A stretch of DNA of 64,000 bases from Macrostomum lignano (Eukaryota), in assembly GCA_002269645.1 (NCBI GenBank), contig NIVC01001608.1, forward strand, positions 162,494-226,493. Reading direction: 5' to 3'. The position numbers were made by a program, and so were the translations under genes. Each line of letters starts with the position of its first letter. The first letter of the stretch is position 1. A model generated the notes under the pieces. The model was not told the DNA's origin and searched no databases. It was given only the letters and a program-made list of their open reading frames with translations. Shown here piece by piece: positions 33,791-47,515 of this stretch.

Positions 33791-34856
33791 TGGCTAGACT
33801 AGCAATCCATTCTGTTCCATCATCCCTAATTGGCTAGACTAGCAATCCATTCTGTTCCATCATCCCTAATTGGCAAGTCTAGCAATCCATTCTGTTCCAT
33901 CATCCCTAATTGGCTAGTCTAGCAATCCATTCTGTTCCATCATTTCTAATTTGCTAGTCTAGCAATCCATTCTGTTCCATCATCCCTGATTGGATAGACT
34001 AGCAATCCATCCTGTTCCATCATCCCTAATTGGCTAGTCTAGCAATCCATTCTGTTCCATCATCCCTAATTGGCTAGTCTAGCAATCCATTCTGTTCCAT
34101 CATCCCTGATTGGCTAGTCTAGCAATCCATTCTGTTCCATCATCCCTGATTGGATAGACTAGCAATCCATCCTGTTCCATCATCCCTAATTGGCTAGTCT
34201 AGCAATCCATTCTGTTCCATCATCCCTAATTGGCTAGTCTAGCAATCCATTCTGTTCCATCATCCCTGATTGGCTAGACTAGCAATCCATCCTGTTCCAT
34301 CATCCCTAATTGGCTAGTCTAGCAATCCATTCTGTTCCATCATCCCTGATTGGCTAGTCTAGTAATCCATTCTGTTCCATCATCCCTGATTGGATAGACT
34401 AGCAATCCATCCTGTTCCATCATCCCTAATTGGCTAGTCTAGCAATCCATTCTGTTCCATCATCCCTGATTGGATAGACTAGCAATCCATCCTGTTCCAT
34501 CATCCCTAATTGGCAAGTCTAGCAATCCATTCTGTTCCATCATTCCTAATTTGCTAGTCTAGCAATCCATTCTGTTCCATCATCCCTGATTGGATAGACT
34601 AGCAATCCATCCTGGTCCATCATCCCTAATTGGCAAGTCTAGCAATCCATTCTGTTCCATCATCCCTAATTGGCTAGTCTAGCAATCCATTCTGTACCAT
34701 CATCCCTGATTGGATAGACTAGCAATCCATCCTGTTCCATCATCCCTAATTGGCAAGTCTAGCAATCCATTCTGTTCCATCATCCCTAATTGGCAAGTCT
34801 AGCAATCCATTCTGTTCCATCATCCCTAATTGGCTAGACTAGCAATCCATCCTGTT
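33791..34856. repeat. 40-bp minisatellite, about 26 copies, filling GPCR intron 2
   Basis: Unit CTAGCAATCCATTCTGTTCCATCATCCCTAATTGGCTAGT/A. Confidence 0.95.
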
Positions 34857-34875
34857 CCCCATCCCCCCCCAACAG

Positions 34876-35470
34876 GAGCCAGGCCGTTCCTAGCTCCGCT
34901 GCAATGAGCGGCCCAAGTGCCATCACTGTTCAGCAGCAGCCGCAGCAGCAGCAGAAGCCGAAGCGTCGACAGAAGCGCAGCGACAATCCAGCGATAGCCG
35001 GCCGGCAGCAGGTGGTGAAGATGCTGATTGCCTGCGTGATTGTGTACTTTGTGTGCTACCTGTCCAAGCTGCTGGAGGTGGTGTTCCGCATCGCCGGCTA
35101 CCAGCCGATCCGGCCGGACACGGCCAAGACGGTCGTGATGGCGATGATCTACGCCAATTCGGCCGTTAATCCCCTGCTGTACACGGCGTTTAGTCGCAAT
35201 TTCCGGCGTCAGTTCCGGTTGACATTTAGCCGCTGCGGCTGCTGCCGGTCGGAGCTTCGAGCTCAGGGCCGCGGCGGCGGTGGCGGCGGCGCCAGGCAGA
35301 TGCTGGGCGGCCGCAGTGGGTTCGGCGGGGGCACCACGCTGCCAGCCGCCTCCAACTGGCACGCCAGTGACGCGGTGGAGTCCGCCGTCGGCCCGGAAGC
35401 AGCTGCAGGTGCCCGGGCGGAAGTGCAGATCCCGATGCTGCCGCTGCGGGCCACCGGCCGACTGGATTGA
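34876..35470 (+). CDS. GPCR exon 3 (ICL3, TM6, TM7, tail); whole protein about 442 aa, neuropeptide-receptor-like
   Basis: Acceptor caacag, in frame. Contains RQQVVKMLIACV, NSAVNPLLY (NPxxY), helix 8 SRNFRRQF and CGCC. RxxVVKML is typical of TRH/pyrokinin/ghrelin-type receptors, but the subtype is not assignable by eye. Confidence 0.9.
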
Positions 35471-36693
35471 TGGCGACTCGGCGCTCTTGAATTTTTTTAA
35501 CAGCTACTATAAGTAGTTAAGAGCTGAAGAAGTATTGAAGAAAGTACGCTCGTAATTGGCAATTGTGTAGAACTCCTCAATAAACAAGCCGACTGAAAAT
35601 CTTCATGTACGCTAAGCGTCGATTCATAGCCTCTATATTTAGATTATTTATATTAGTGTCTATACTGCATTATATTTTACTGTACAAGCCTCTGCAAGTG
35701 GGACGGGACAGTTAGTTTGAAGAAAAAATTTGGGAAGGGCTAAATTTTCTTAACAAAATATGCACGGCTGAGATAGGAACTTTCTTAGTATTTAACATAA
35801 ATATTGTGAAACTGGTTTCGTATATTTCCGTATATTTCGCTAATATTTGCGTATCATATTTTCCCTAACATTCCCTCAATGTTTTATGCACAGGCGAGAT
35901 GGATATCCGTGTATTGGTATTAATATTAAATATATTATCTGTTGTGTTATAATGCACTCTGCTTTCTAGTTTGGCTCTGGATGTCTTAAGAGAAATTATA
36001 CGCATTGATACACCATAGTTTAATTTAACAGTTATGCGCATGTACCCTGGCCACTCACAAGATCTATGCTTAAAATATAAGTTTATTTAATATCTATCAA
36101 ATATCGTGCAATACCATTGGGCTTCAAGTGCCAAGCCCCAAGGTACGGAGAGTGTACATGCTAGAATTACAGTCAGACAAACCAATACACCATCATCCCC
36201 TCTGCAAGTGTCGCAGTGCAACAACTATGTACGTCTTGTGCAATAAAATATTCAGATAATGTTCTAACTGCACTACTAAAGGACCACTCACTAGTGTTGG
36301 GCTATCGTTAATCCTAAATCCTAATCAGCGTTTATTCGTTACAACGTGAACTTTAAAAAAAACCTCTAGCTTTCGATTTGGTCATTGCATGGACGTCACT
36401 TTGTGCCCTTGTTGACTCAGTCTAGTGATGAAATTTCATAAGTTTATCGACAATGTGAAAGAGCACCATAAATTTTGTGCCTTCTGGACGAATGTATTCT
36501 TGTCAGAAGCTTCTGTGCAACATCAGATGCATAATAATCATTAATGGTATGCTTTAATAATCTTGTATTGTCAAATCAAGGACCACTAGCAGAATATACC
36601 ACAGAACTTACACGTACAGTGATGTGTTCCTTATTACCAGACTTATCTGTAACCAAAGAACACTCACTTCTAGCTACTTAGCTAGGCAACAAC

Positions 36694-39284
36694 CCCGGGT
36701 AGCATTTTGACGTCAATTTGCGGTTGCGTTGACGTCGCAAAAATTACCTTCGCAAATCTATTCACCCCAGCCCGTCTTCGTTGATATTGTAGTTTATTTT
36801 TGCAGAATTAGATGCCAGAGTCAATATGCATTTATAGTCATCATTTTGCTAGCTCAATTATACCTGTAAAATAGCAAAGAAGTAACCGTAAAATATTCGT
36901 TGAAAGTAGGTTGAAAAATCAACGTCAAACTTTAGTCATTATGGAACCCAACATTTGACGTTTCTATGCTGCATTACTATATAATAACGTAGATTGAATG
37001 ATTTTTATAACACTGAAAAAAGTAAGGGAAAAAGTAAGGCTCGTTTTTTAACAGTTTTATTTTGTTAATACGTATTATTAAACTCGTACATATTTGAATA
37101 TTTTGCTGCATGATAAATCGCTTTATATATATAGAAGATCATAAGTGGCGTTGCTTTTTTATTTAGTTAGTGTTACCTGCTATATGATTTTTAATTCTAC
37201 TACTTTCTCTCTTCCCATTTCCTATCAGTACTGCTGTTTATATTGGAAATATACAGTAATAATAGCCTTGCCTACCACAAGTATTGCATTGATTACAACT
37301 ACTAGAGTTAAACATTATTCCTATCAAAACAATAATTGTCTGGAAATCAAATTCCTACATACATACAGTTTGCAGAGAACTGCTTGATTTTCGAATCAGT
37401 CTTACTCTCAGCCTAATCATATATAATCATTGGACCTTAGATATCATTTCCAAGATTCAATTTCAAATTTTTATTTGGAAGGTGCAGTTGTTCTAGCATT
37501 TCTAGGCCTATCATACAAAAAATCTTGGCATACTTGGTTTGAAATTAAATTTTCTTGTTTCTTAGTTTTACTAATCAGCCATTTAATGAGATAATATTTA
37601 TTATACATGCTAAGTTCCTGTTAGGCCTAGCATTTAAAATATACTTTAGTTTCCTAGTTAGCTCATTAAAATCTTTAGTAGGCCCTAATTTCTCATTGTA
37701 GCACTCTTAGAGCTACAATTTCCTTAACAAACTTATGCTTAGCTATATTCTATATTAAAACATATATTTATTAATGTTTTGCCCCATTAAGTAGCCTATA
37801 GTTTGTTAATCATATTTAGACATATTTTAGACATTATTATAGCATTGCTAGGGCACTATTGTTTAATTTGTGGTTGAGCAGATTTTTTAGTTGAATAGAA
37901 AGTCTGAACAAAAGTAAAAAGATTTATAGGATAGAAATGTATAGAAATCCTAAGACTAAGAGTAAGGCTAAAGACTTCTGTATAATATAGTTTTATATAT
38001 TGCAATTTATGGATGTATAAAATATAACTTTACCAATGCAAAGGTCAAAATCAAAAATATACTTTTTTCTGCCTATTTCAGATGGCCACCTGGGTGAAGA
38101 GGACAGGAGAGATTGCTACTATATGCCATCAATGATACTAATTCCAACTCCTAGATGAGGAGGAGAAAATTCATTCCTATGATGACATCATCCCTGCTTA
38201 TTGGAACAGGTTGTCATGAAGGGATGTCAGCTAGTCAATTTGAGGAAGGAGTTGTGGAAGAGGATAACAATTCACCATTTGATTCAGTCTCCTCCAATTC
38301 AGAGACTGAGGACTATCAAGAATTTGATGTAGATCTTCTGAGTGAAAGACTGGGCAATATGCAGCAATATGCAACTACTCTCTATTTATTTATTCTACAG
38401 TTCTGTTGTTTGCTGCCTTCATCCTTATATTTGTTTCAATGACACTGTTTTCAACATTCTATTCTGTTTTGTCAGTACTGTCGTTTTTGGCACTATTGTA
38501 ATTTTTTCAACTTTTAAAATTTAATTTATTACCATCCTTTTCATAAATTTTCATATGCAAGCATCAACTTAATTTGTGTTAAAAATAACAATTTACGAAG
38601 AGAAGTAACATCCTATATCTAAATATACCAGTACTAAATCTCTAAGGTTTGTATGCTTGCTTGTCCATAATATAACTTCTAAATCCAATGTCTACAATAT
38701 GTATGTATACAAGAGAAGATGAATATAAGGCTTTGTCCGCATGTATTCTTGTTTAATATTTTCTGGTAAAAATGTAACTATTAGCCAGAGGCGTAGCCAA
38801 GTGGGGTCATTGGGGTCATGAACCCCCTAGCCGGCTGATCCAGGCCAAATACAGGCAGCAGCCCCCCTCCCCCGTCGCAGAGGCCTAGCACCCCGCCCCC
38901 GGTTGCCGCTGTGACTGTGACCCCCAGAAGGAAATTCCTAGCTACGCCACTGCAATTAGCTTCTAGAAATAAGATGGGTACATGTACTGCCTACACACAT
39001 TCAAAGAAAGTTGACTTCAGAATGCAAAGATAACCATCAATCATAAAGCCAGCAACATTTGTTTTCTTAAGACATCATACCAGTCATTTCGTGCATTCAA
39101 AAGCCATTAAAAATATTAAATAAAGACGGTAAAATTTCGGTACATTTTGACGTCAAAACAACGTCACAGATCTAGGTCAAAATTACGTAAAAAACATCGA
39201 CAGAATTGACGTCATTTCGACGTTACACTTTGACCTATTTTCAACGTCATTTTGACGTCGCGCAACGTCACTTTGCTACCCGGG
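36694..39284. mobile_element. Non-autonomous DNA transposon, CACTA/EnSpm (CMC)-like, 2591 bp
   Basis: TIR CCCGGGTAGCA / TGCTACCCGGG, AAC on both flanks, clustered GACGT(C) subterminal motifs at both ends, AT-rich interior with no transposase ORF seen. Confidence 0.6.
38786..38952. mobile_element. hAT-type MITE (167 bp) nested in the element above
   Basis: TIR CAGAGGCGTAGC / GCTACGCCACTG, 8-bp TSD ctattagc / caattagc (7 of 8 match). Confidence 0.7.
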
Positions 39285-41494
39285 AACCCAGTTATCAGAT
39301 AAAGGTACTTCTTACCTTGACTTCGATTGGAGATATCTCTTCAGGAGTTCTCTTTTAGATCTCGCTTGGATCTCTCTTTGATCTCGTAGATCAGGCGCCT
39401 TGGTTCTCCTGTTGCCCTGGTCTTGGTTTTCTTGTACTTCCGATGAAGCGACTTCCGGCCGGTATCTGCAGTCAGGACCAATCAGAGGCCTCGTATCAAA
39501 CAATGAGTACCCTGCGCCAAATAGCGGTTTCTCCTTAGCCTTCTAGTAGTGCCTCTATGCACTCTAGGTAATGCCCCGGTAATCTCTAATAGATCCTCTA
39601 AGATCTATTAGGGTAAGTCCTTCGGGTGACTACAGCCAATGGAGTCTCAAATGGACTCAAGAGTCTCAACAGACTCTAACACTATAACAATAGTGAGTCG
39701 ACTCAACAACAACTGGTGCAAATGAGAAAGGCTTACCGCAACAATTCGACCGAGTCTCGATTGACTTGGTGATCAGGAAGTCCTCCTAAGGCTTCCTCTT
39801 TGGAGCTTCTCCTATCGTCGGGAGTTGGCTCCGGGTCCGCTTCGGACCACTTGTATTTATAGAGAAGCAGACCCCTCGTGAGGTCGTCCATCACCTTTTT
39901 CGAAAATGTCAAAAGGTCACGCTTTGGTTGTTGTCAAGCATGACAGGGTAGAAAGTTAAGCAACTAGTCTAGTGTAAGCGCGCATGATTCATTACCGTAG
40001 CTGAGCTATTTTTAGATACTTCGATGGGTTCATCTGAGTTCAAGCAAATGATGAATCGTAGGTGGGGTTTGAACTGACAATTGTAGGTCACACGTGATTG
40101 GTTGGTTGCTAAAATTAGTAACATGATTCATCTTTTAGGTGCGCATGCATGCATTAGCTTACTTATAGTAGTGTTCTACTACGATTGACTTATTTTACTT
40201 ATGCGGGAGATATAACACTCTACAACAGAATGCTCAATCAGTACAATGTCTATGACTCCGAAATGCATGCGCGTGCACTGCACTACTTTTTCGATCAAGG
40301 CGTTGAAACCGAAAGCAGTGCAGAGGATACTGATAAAGCATCATGTTTAATAGACGTCTCACCATCAATAGATATGAAAAACTGGTAAGCAAGCTAAACT
40401 GGTAAAAACCGGCTCATATGAAGTATGCTAAGACAAAACTTACTATACTGAACTCAAGCGACACAAAATGAACGCACTATTGCACAGTTGACATTATCTG
40501 CAATGTGAATAGGCCCAACAGATTAGTATGAGCAATAGAGAAACTGCTAAATGCCAATCTCAATCACTTACATGTAACGGTCAAAATCTGATGGGAAATT
40601 GTGAAACCTTGTTTGTGGTGGACATCTGTATGCGCAAGTTACGGCATCCAAAAGTGGCGCGCTGAGTCCCTGATTTACTGTCAGCCGACAACTTTTTTGA
40701 TTAACTTAAAGCTCTTCAAGATGAGAAACCGTAGGGGGAGGCAGAGAAGTAAATCTGTCTGACCCCTGGTTCGATTCAACATTCCTTTAGGGCTTGTGTG
40801 CAGGAACATTGGGGACCCAGGGGTTCGTCGTGCGATTCACAGCCTTGAGGGCCAATTGGGATGATGTTGTTTGACAACCTCGGCCACTTTAACAAACTCG
40901 AAAGTGCATTCTGGTCAAAATTTCATAATCCACGAAGTCTATCTAACTGTAGTCTCTTTCGCCAATTAAAAGACTATGGCAATAACCTTGCACACATTTT
41001 TGAATTTCTACAGTATATAGAAGCATTGCAGCCACGGACGGTAGCTGACAAGCCGTGTATGTGCATAATATATTGTATTTTTTGTTTCAACCGAGACGAA
41101 CTAGAAATTACGATGGCAAAATTATAGAGATAAAGGATACGGTGCAGCCAGCGGATAGGCATAATAAAAGACCTACTGAATTATTAATTGCATTGACGTT
41201 TAACATTTTGGCGAATCTTCTTAATTAATAAAAATAGAAACACGAGCAGTTAGACCAAAGTTTATGATTTACCAGCCAGAAATACTGGCATTGGGGATAC
41301 ATACACAAAGCAAAGTCATTTCTATGTATAACATAAGTATATTAACCGGCAATAAACAGGCTTGATTGAAGTAAAACTACTAAAGCATGTATTTTCTATT
41401 CTTATGTTCAAATAACAGTTCAATTAATGCACATTGGCTGTCCAAATTAAAAATGGAATTATTACTTTCAGCTTCGTTATCGTTTTCTGGCTGA

Positions 41495-41815
41495 GTCATA
41501 AAGCCGGATATCCTTGTAGGTTTATTGATTTACTAGGCGGGGTCATAAACCGTATATCCTTGTAGGTTTATTGATTTAATAAGGGGGGTCATAAACCCGT
41601 ATATCATTGTAGGTTTATCTATTTACTAGGCGGGGTCATAAACCCGGATATCCTTGTAGGTTTATAGATTTAATAAGGGGCGGGGTCAAAAGCCCGTATA
41701 GCCTTGTAGGTTTATCGATTTAATAAGGGAGGGTCATAAACCCGTACATCCTTGTAGGTTTTATCGATTTTCTTGCTGGGTCATAAACCTACCTGCCCGT
41801 GTAGGTTTATTGATT
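41495..41815. repeat. ~47-bp degenerate tandem repeat x~7
   Basis: Unit GTCATAAACCCGTATATCCTTGTAGGTTTATTGATTTA...GG. Confidence 0.85.
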
Positions 41816-42024
41816 TTCTGGTTGGGACAATTAACACACCTAATTTTTCACCTCAGCTTGTGCAGCACTGCGAGTCTAAGATAAGTGCAATTTCTGGTTT
41901 ACTAATTAATCACTGACGCTAAATCCTAACATTGAGTTTGAGTAGATCATGAAATGCCTACACTGTCTTCACAATGACAAACGCTTTCATTCGAAAAGTC
42001 AACACATTTCAAAGCAAACGCCTA

Positions 42025-42420
42025 CTAAAAATTATGAATGCTAAGCCGAAACACGTGATTCACAATGGCGAAATTGCCGCCAAAATTGCGCAATAAAAAT
42101 GACTCGCAGAAGGCCAACGCCTGTGGCGAATCGTCCACTTTCAGCTGGCCATTGACAGCGATGAGCACGCCATTCTCCATTGGCTGGTAGTCGGCATTGG
42201 TCACCGCAGCGGCGATCCGTTGAAACGACAACGACTTGTACTTTTCAAGGATGCCAGCTTTGCCTTGGACCTGGCTACCCTCGTAGGTTAGCATAGCCTG
42301 GTCGTGATAGAAGTTCACCAATTGCTCCTTGTTAGTCTGCAGGGTGCCATAGAATGCCTCGGTGAATTGCTGCCCAATTTGGGCGAAGTTCGGTGGGAAT
42401 AGACAGGGATTGAGAGCCAT
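42025..42420 (-). CDS. NTF2: Nuclear transport factor 2 (131 aa, intronless CDS)
   Basis: MALNP...IGQQF..FY, MLTYEGSQVQG, SLSFQ, DYQP, GVLI.V.GQLKVDD, F.E.FLL, VFRLSIHN. Colinear with NTF2 family proteins. Confidence 0.92.
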   Translation of the reverse strand: MALNPCLFPPNFAQIGQQFTEAFYGTLQTNKEQLVNFYHDQAMLTYEGSQVQGKAGILEKYKSLSFQRIAAAVTNADYQPMENGVLIAVNGQLKVDDSPQALAFCESFLLRNFGGNFAIVNHVFRLSIHNF

Positions 42421-45400
42421 GCAATGATTGGGAAACTTACTCTGCAATTACTGTTGCTAAGCTGACTTTGCAGCTGATGAAAACATGTTGAAAATTAAAA
42501 AAAAATTGTATCAGCAAAACAAGATTAACACTCATAAAAAATCCATGTAGCTCATAGTCTATGCAGAAATTTAAAAAAGTATTAAGACTTCACCACATTC
42601 TCAAATCTTGATCCTAGACCTAATTTCAAGCTTTCAAGGAAAAAGACAAAAAAACAGTTTAAATCTTTATAAGACATAAAACAAAACAAATTTAGGTTGT
42701 CAAAATCAAAGATGATGTTATGACATTCCTATAATATAAAAGGCTAGTGTATAATTTCAGCTTGACTGAGAATTTTTTCTAGACCCATGTTGCATAGCAA
42801 GTAAACCTGTATTCCATTTGTTATACCTATGCTTATTAGCTAGGCATGCTTATTCCAAACATTAGAATAGAATATCCATTGCAAGAAGCCTCTTTTTTTG
42901 CAAGCATACAGTTTTTCTATAAATATTATTCTTTAATAATATAACTTTATTCAATAAATTTTTATGTTCAATATACAGTTTTAGCATTTTTTCCTTTAAC
43001 TATTAATAAGAATAAGTTTAATACAACCAAAACAGTCAAAACTAATGTAACTATGCTAGAAAAAGTTAGCTTTACTAGGCCTAAAATGCATAAGAAGGCT
43101 ATAGTATTTTTTAGCTATATCCAATGTCTAATTTCTTTTTCCTTTTATAGTAAACATGATTGAGCATAAAACAAGAAGTTGTTTCTTTACTAAGGGAAAT
43201 AAGGCTAACTTAAGACAACAAGAAGTTTGTTAAAACTTTACAAATGTGTATCATATGTGTATCAGTGTGGTCTATTAGCCTGTAGAAATTTAGCCACTAA
43301 TCATATATATTTATTCAATTAATATAAAGATTGGTTAAAAGTTGAAATAGTTTATTGTTAGAGCCTAGCCTATTTTATAATGACATTTTATGTTAGAACT
43401 TACTATTTAGGTTTATATTTAAAAAATAAAAACTTGCACAATATGCATCAGATATTATATACTAGAAATTTCAATGGTAAAGGCCAATTTGACTATAGAT
43501 CTTGACTCAATGCTTTATTAGGGCTATTTAGGCCTACACAATATTTGTTTTAGTGAAAAATATGAAATTGTTGAATTGTCAATATGATATATTATTAATT
43601 TATTAGTAGGTTTTCTAGACTAGATAATTATCTGCCAAAACATATAAAGCCTAGCTCAATTAGGGATTTTGAGCAATGGCTTAGTTTCCCTTCTCCTATT
43701 TTAATACCAAATTTTAAACAAACAAACCAAAATAAGTTTACTAAAATGCACCATGAGTCAAAGTTTAAAGATATATATGTCCTAAGTATGCTTTAGTAAA
43801 CTTGTTTTGGTTCATTTATTTAAAATTTATTGTCAAAATAATTTAATGCAGGAAACTAAAAAATAAGATATTGCCAGATTTTGCATATTTGATATACAAA
43901 AAATCTTGGATTTGGCTGTTGCCTGTTATATTGCCATATATAGTGATTTCCCAAAAGATATTCAGATAGACGATTCAAATAAAGGAGTAGGCCTATTCTG
44001 TTTAACAAAGATATTCAATGCAGACTGTATTTTAGCCATTTTTGTACACATCTGGGAACTTTCTTTTGATCCAAAAGTTTTCATTTTTTATGGTTGAATT
44101 GAAGAAAAAAATGCCAAATACTACAGTTTAGCAACACAAAAGTTTGCAGTGTTACTACTCTGCTTTAAGTTTAAAAGGAATTTTCTGAACTTTATAAAGA
44201 TCTTTTTGAACAGAAAATAATTTCTACACCTTTATATGCCCATCTCATCAACAACAATATATTACACATATAATATTGTGCTGACTCTAGGCCTATAGAC
44301 ATTTTTGTGTTTAAAGCATGCTTGCATATTTTCTGCTCAACTCTAAGTCAAAAAATAAATTCCTGCTCTGCTAAAAGTATTTGCTTTTAATTGACATTGG
44401 GAGTGCTACTCGTCAATGTTTATATTTGGCAAAAATTGCACTAGAATTGTGTCTGGACTAAAACAAAAAAGGCTCTAATAATACTTCAGATATTTTTTTC
44501 ACTAGGCTACACGGCATTGATTTCTTTTGTCTCTGAGTCCTAAATATCAGTTACATATATTTACGCATGTCTTAACTTTAAAATGAAGCCTTGGACACCT
44601 AAAATTACTGAAAAGTTTTTCCTATATACAAAAGCAAACAATATCTTTGTTAAACAGAATACTTCTTTATTTGAATCATCCGTCTAAATATCTGTCAGGA
44701 AATCACTACATTAGGGGCCTATTGCTATAGGTATAGTCCTAGATGGGCTGCTGTGTGTTGCAATATCCAAAACTAGTATGAATACTGCTAGGCCTAGAAG
44801 AATGCTAGGTAGGATAGCAGTGTATAATATAATATAATGTAATCCAAACAAAAGCCAAAGTCTTTGGCCTTGGCCTTTTGCTTACTTAACAATATAGATT
44901 ATAGTTAAGTTATAAAGTCTTAAAAGTTAAATTACTTTAAATTGGGCAATATAAATAATAAATGCAGTAGGGCCTATGCATTCGACCTTGACTTGAGGGT
45001 CAAATAAAACAATCATTTGAAGTTTAATCAACTAAAATTGCTTTGTGGTAGCCAAGTGTTACAAATGTTATTAATAACGACGCCTATGATAATTAATCTG
45101 ATTGCTGTGCCGTTGACAATCAAACGACGCTTGCTAGACTACTACTGACTGTGTACGAAACTCAAACGTGCGCAAACTTGAATTAGTACCTAAACGATTT
45201 ATTTATAATAACGTATCAATATTTTAAAAGCAATTTATGGTGTATATATCCATGTAAAAGCAAACGGCAGACATTTTCTATATTACCTCAATGAAATTAC
45301 AACAAGAGCAACAAATTTTCTGTGTGAATGTTTGGCTATAAATATTTAACATGTAATCGATATATACTTTTCCAAGCTGCATGTATTTCTTTATGCCTTG

Positions 45401-46424
45401 TTTTACATGCCTGCTACTACATATAGTAGACATGTTATCGTTTTTACAGATTTATGTATGATAAACGCTTTTTGCTAATATTTTTCTTTTCTTTTACATT
45501 GTTGTAGACTTGTAGACAGAAGCAACTAAAGAATCGATAAAGGTCTATTATTAAAAGACAGTTAGTATAGTCTCAATGAAACTTTGCCCATCAGAGATCG
45601 GACCAAAAATTTTAAAATATGGTCAGTCAGCCGATAAATGTTTTGCTTATTGTGTTTTCATTTTTGATTTCAATGCTTCAATCTTTTGGACTATGATTTT
45701 AATTGTAGCTAATAACTTATAACCATAAACTTTAATTTATACTTTAAATATGCAAATAAAGTTTTATAAAATCTATTTAGGCTAGACCCTAAGCACTTAT
45801 TTCAAGTTTTATCCAACAAGTAAAAACGAGTTTCTAGGACCACAGAAACTCCAGATTTGAAATACTCTATTTAATAATTTGAACATTAATATCATACCTT
45901 GTGAAATTATTCGTAATAGTACCAAGTATTAAGTCAAAGAACTTACAGTTTAGCTTAGAATTGTAACTTAGTACAATTAGAATTAGATGGCTTATATATT
46001 TGTGATCTTTAGGTATTGTAGGCCTATAGCCTTCAGTGGCTTGCAATTAATAATTTTAAGCAAGGTAAAGAAAGAAAGTAAAGTTTATTATTTTATCTTA
46101 TTCTTATACACAGGCAAATAGTACATAAGGGGCATTGGGAGATGCGCATCAGTTAGTGTGAGTGAGCCTAGTAGATCTCCCTGGCTTAGCAAGCTAGCTA
46201 GCTAATTGTATAAAGCCACCAACCAACCACCTAACTAGGTAGCTTAGAGATTTAAGTATGGCTGCATTAGTACTCACAGGCCATATGCAGTTTAGCTACC
46301 ATTAGCTTATAATGATCAAATTGCAAAGCTTATTATTTTGCATTTTTTCAGCACTTGTTAGGCTTCAGACTCTTCAGCAGCAGTAAGTGAATGATATAGC
46401 CAGGGAATTCTAGCCCAATGCCCA

Positions 46425-46665
46425 ATGCCTAAGGCAGCAAAGTCAGGCATTGGGAGGCAGGAAACTGATTCCCTAGTTGCTAGCCTTCCATCTGCAGCAG
46501 GAGCAGATGCAACTGCTGGCAGCTATCAAGCATTTGCACCTGCACCTCGGCCAGTGGGTTTGGATTCTGAAGATAGCGCCGCAGAAGAAGAGACAGAAGA
46601 TGCAGCAGCATCAGTTGGACTGCTTAGGGATCAGACAGCCAAGTTTCCTGGCACTGCACACTCAG
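46425..46665 (+). CDS. CLCN3: ClC-3/4/5-like exchanger exon 1 (variable N-terminus)
   Basis: The ATG ORF ends TCA G|gtaag, and phase 1 matches exon 2. The sequence is not conserved, so it is assigned on splice and frame logic only. Confidence 0.6.
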
Positions 46666-47323
46666 GTAAGTCTGTTGGCAATGTTGGCTGTGACTCTATG
46701 GAGCTGGATCTACGCTCGTAAATTGGCATAACTTAGCTATATAATATGTAGCCCCCTCTCTGCCACAAGTTGCCCTGTTACCCTTTCTGATAATTCCAGT
46801 AAACCTTAGCTTCAATGCTTGTATAATTCTTCTGACAACAGACATTCTCAAATTTCTTTCGTTTGGTCTGGTATCACATTTACTCTGTTATTAAAGGCTG
46901 TGCAATATCTCTAAACTATATAGTGCCAGCACAAACTCCAACTATTGTAGATTCTGCCCCTAGCAGACCTATTAACCTATCATTAATGCAAAACTTTTTT
47001 TCGTGTAAGATTCTCTAGGCACCACTTATATTACAGATGCCCTAATCAGACGCTAAATAAAACTCACCTGGAAAATATGTAAATCCTGCTATGCGTATTT
47101 GGTTGCATGAATCTTGCTGTAAAGTATGCCAGCTGGAGTTGTGAGGATTTTTGGTGAGGACATGGACAATTAAAGTAGGATGCTACACTCGAATTTCTTA
47201 GAAACGAACTGTAGGCAGGTAAGGAACGAATGCAGAGTCCTACTTCAGTTGTTTATCGACCGTGAAGATTGAAAATCAACGAATAAAGCTGACAGCTGGC
47301 ACTATGTGATTATTGCATACCAG

Positions 47324-47515
47324 ACACTGGAGCCACTGACGACGGCCAATACGACGACTTTGAAACCATCGACTGGCTGAAGGACATCGGCAGGCACAGG
47401 CGGCGCCGGAGGGAGCTGCTGAGGCGAGCGAGGGAGACCTGGCGGGGTCGCCTGACAGTCCTTGTTGACGGCCTCTCCGGATGGCTGTGCGTTGGCCTGA
47501 TCGCGATTGCTGCCG
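47324..47515 (+). CDS. CLCN3: ClC exon 2
   Basis: GQYDDFETIDW...SGWLCVGLIAIAA G|gtgagt. Confidence 0.9.
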
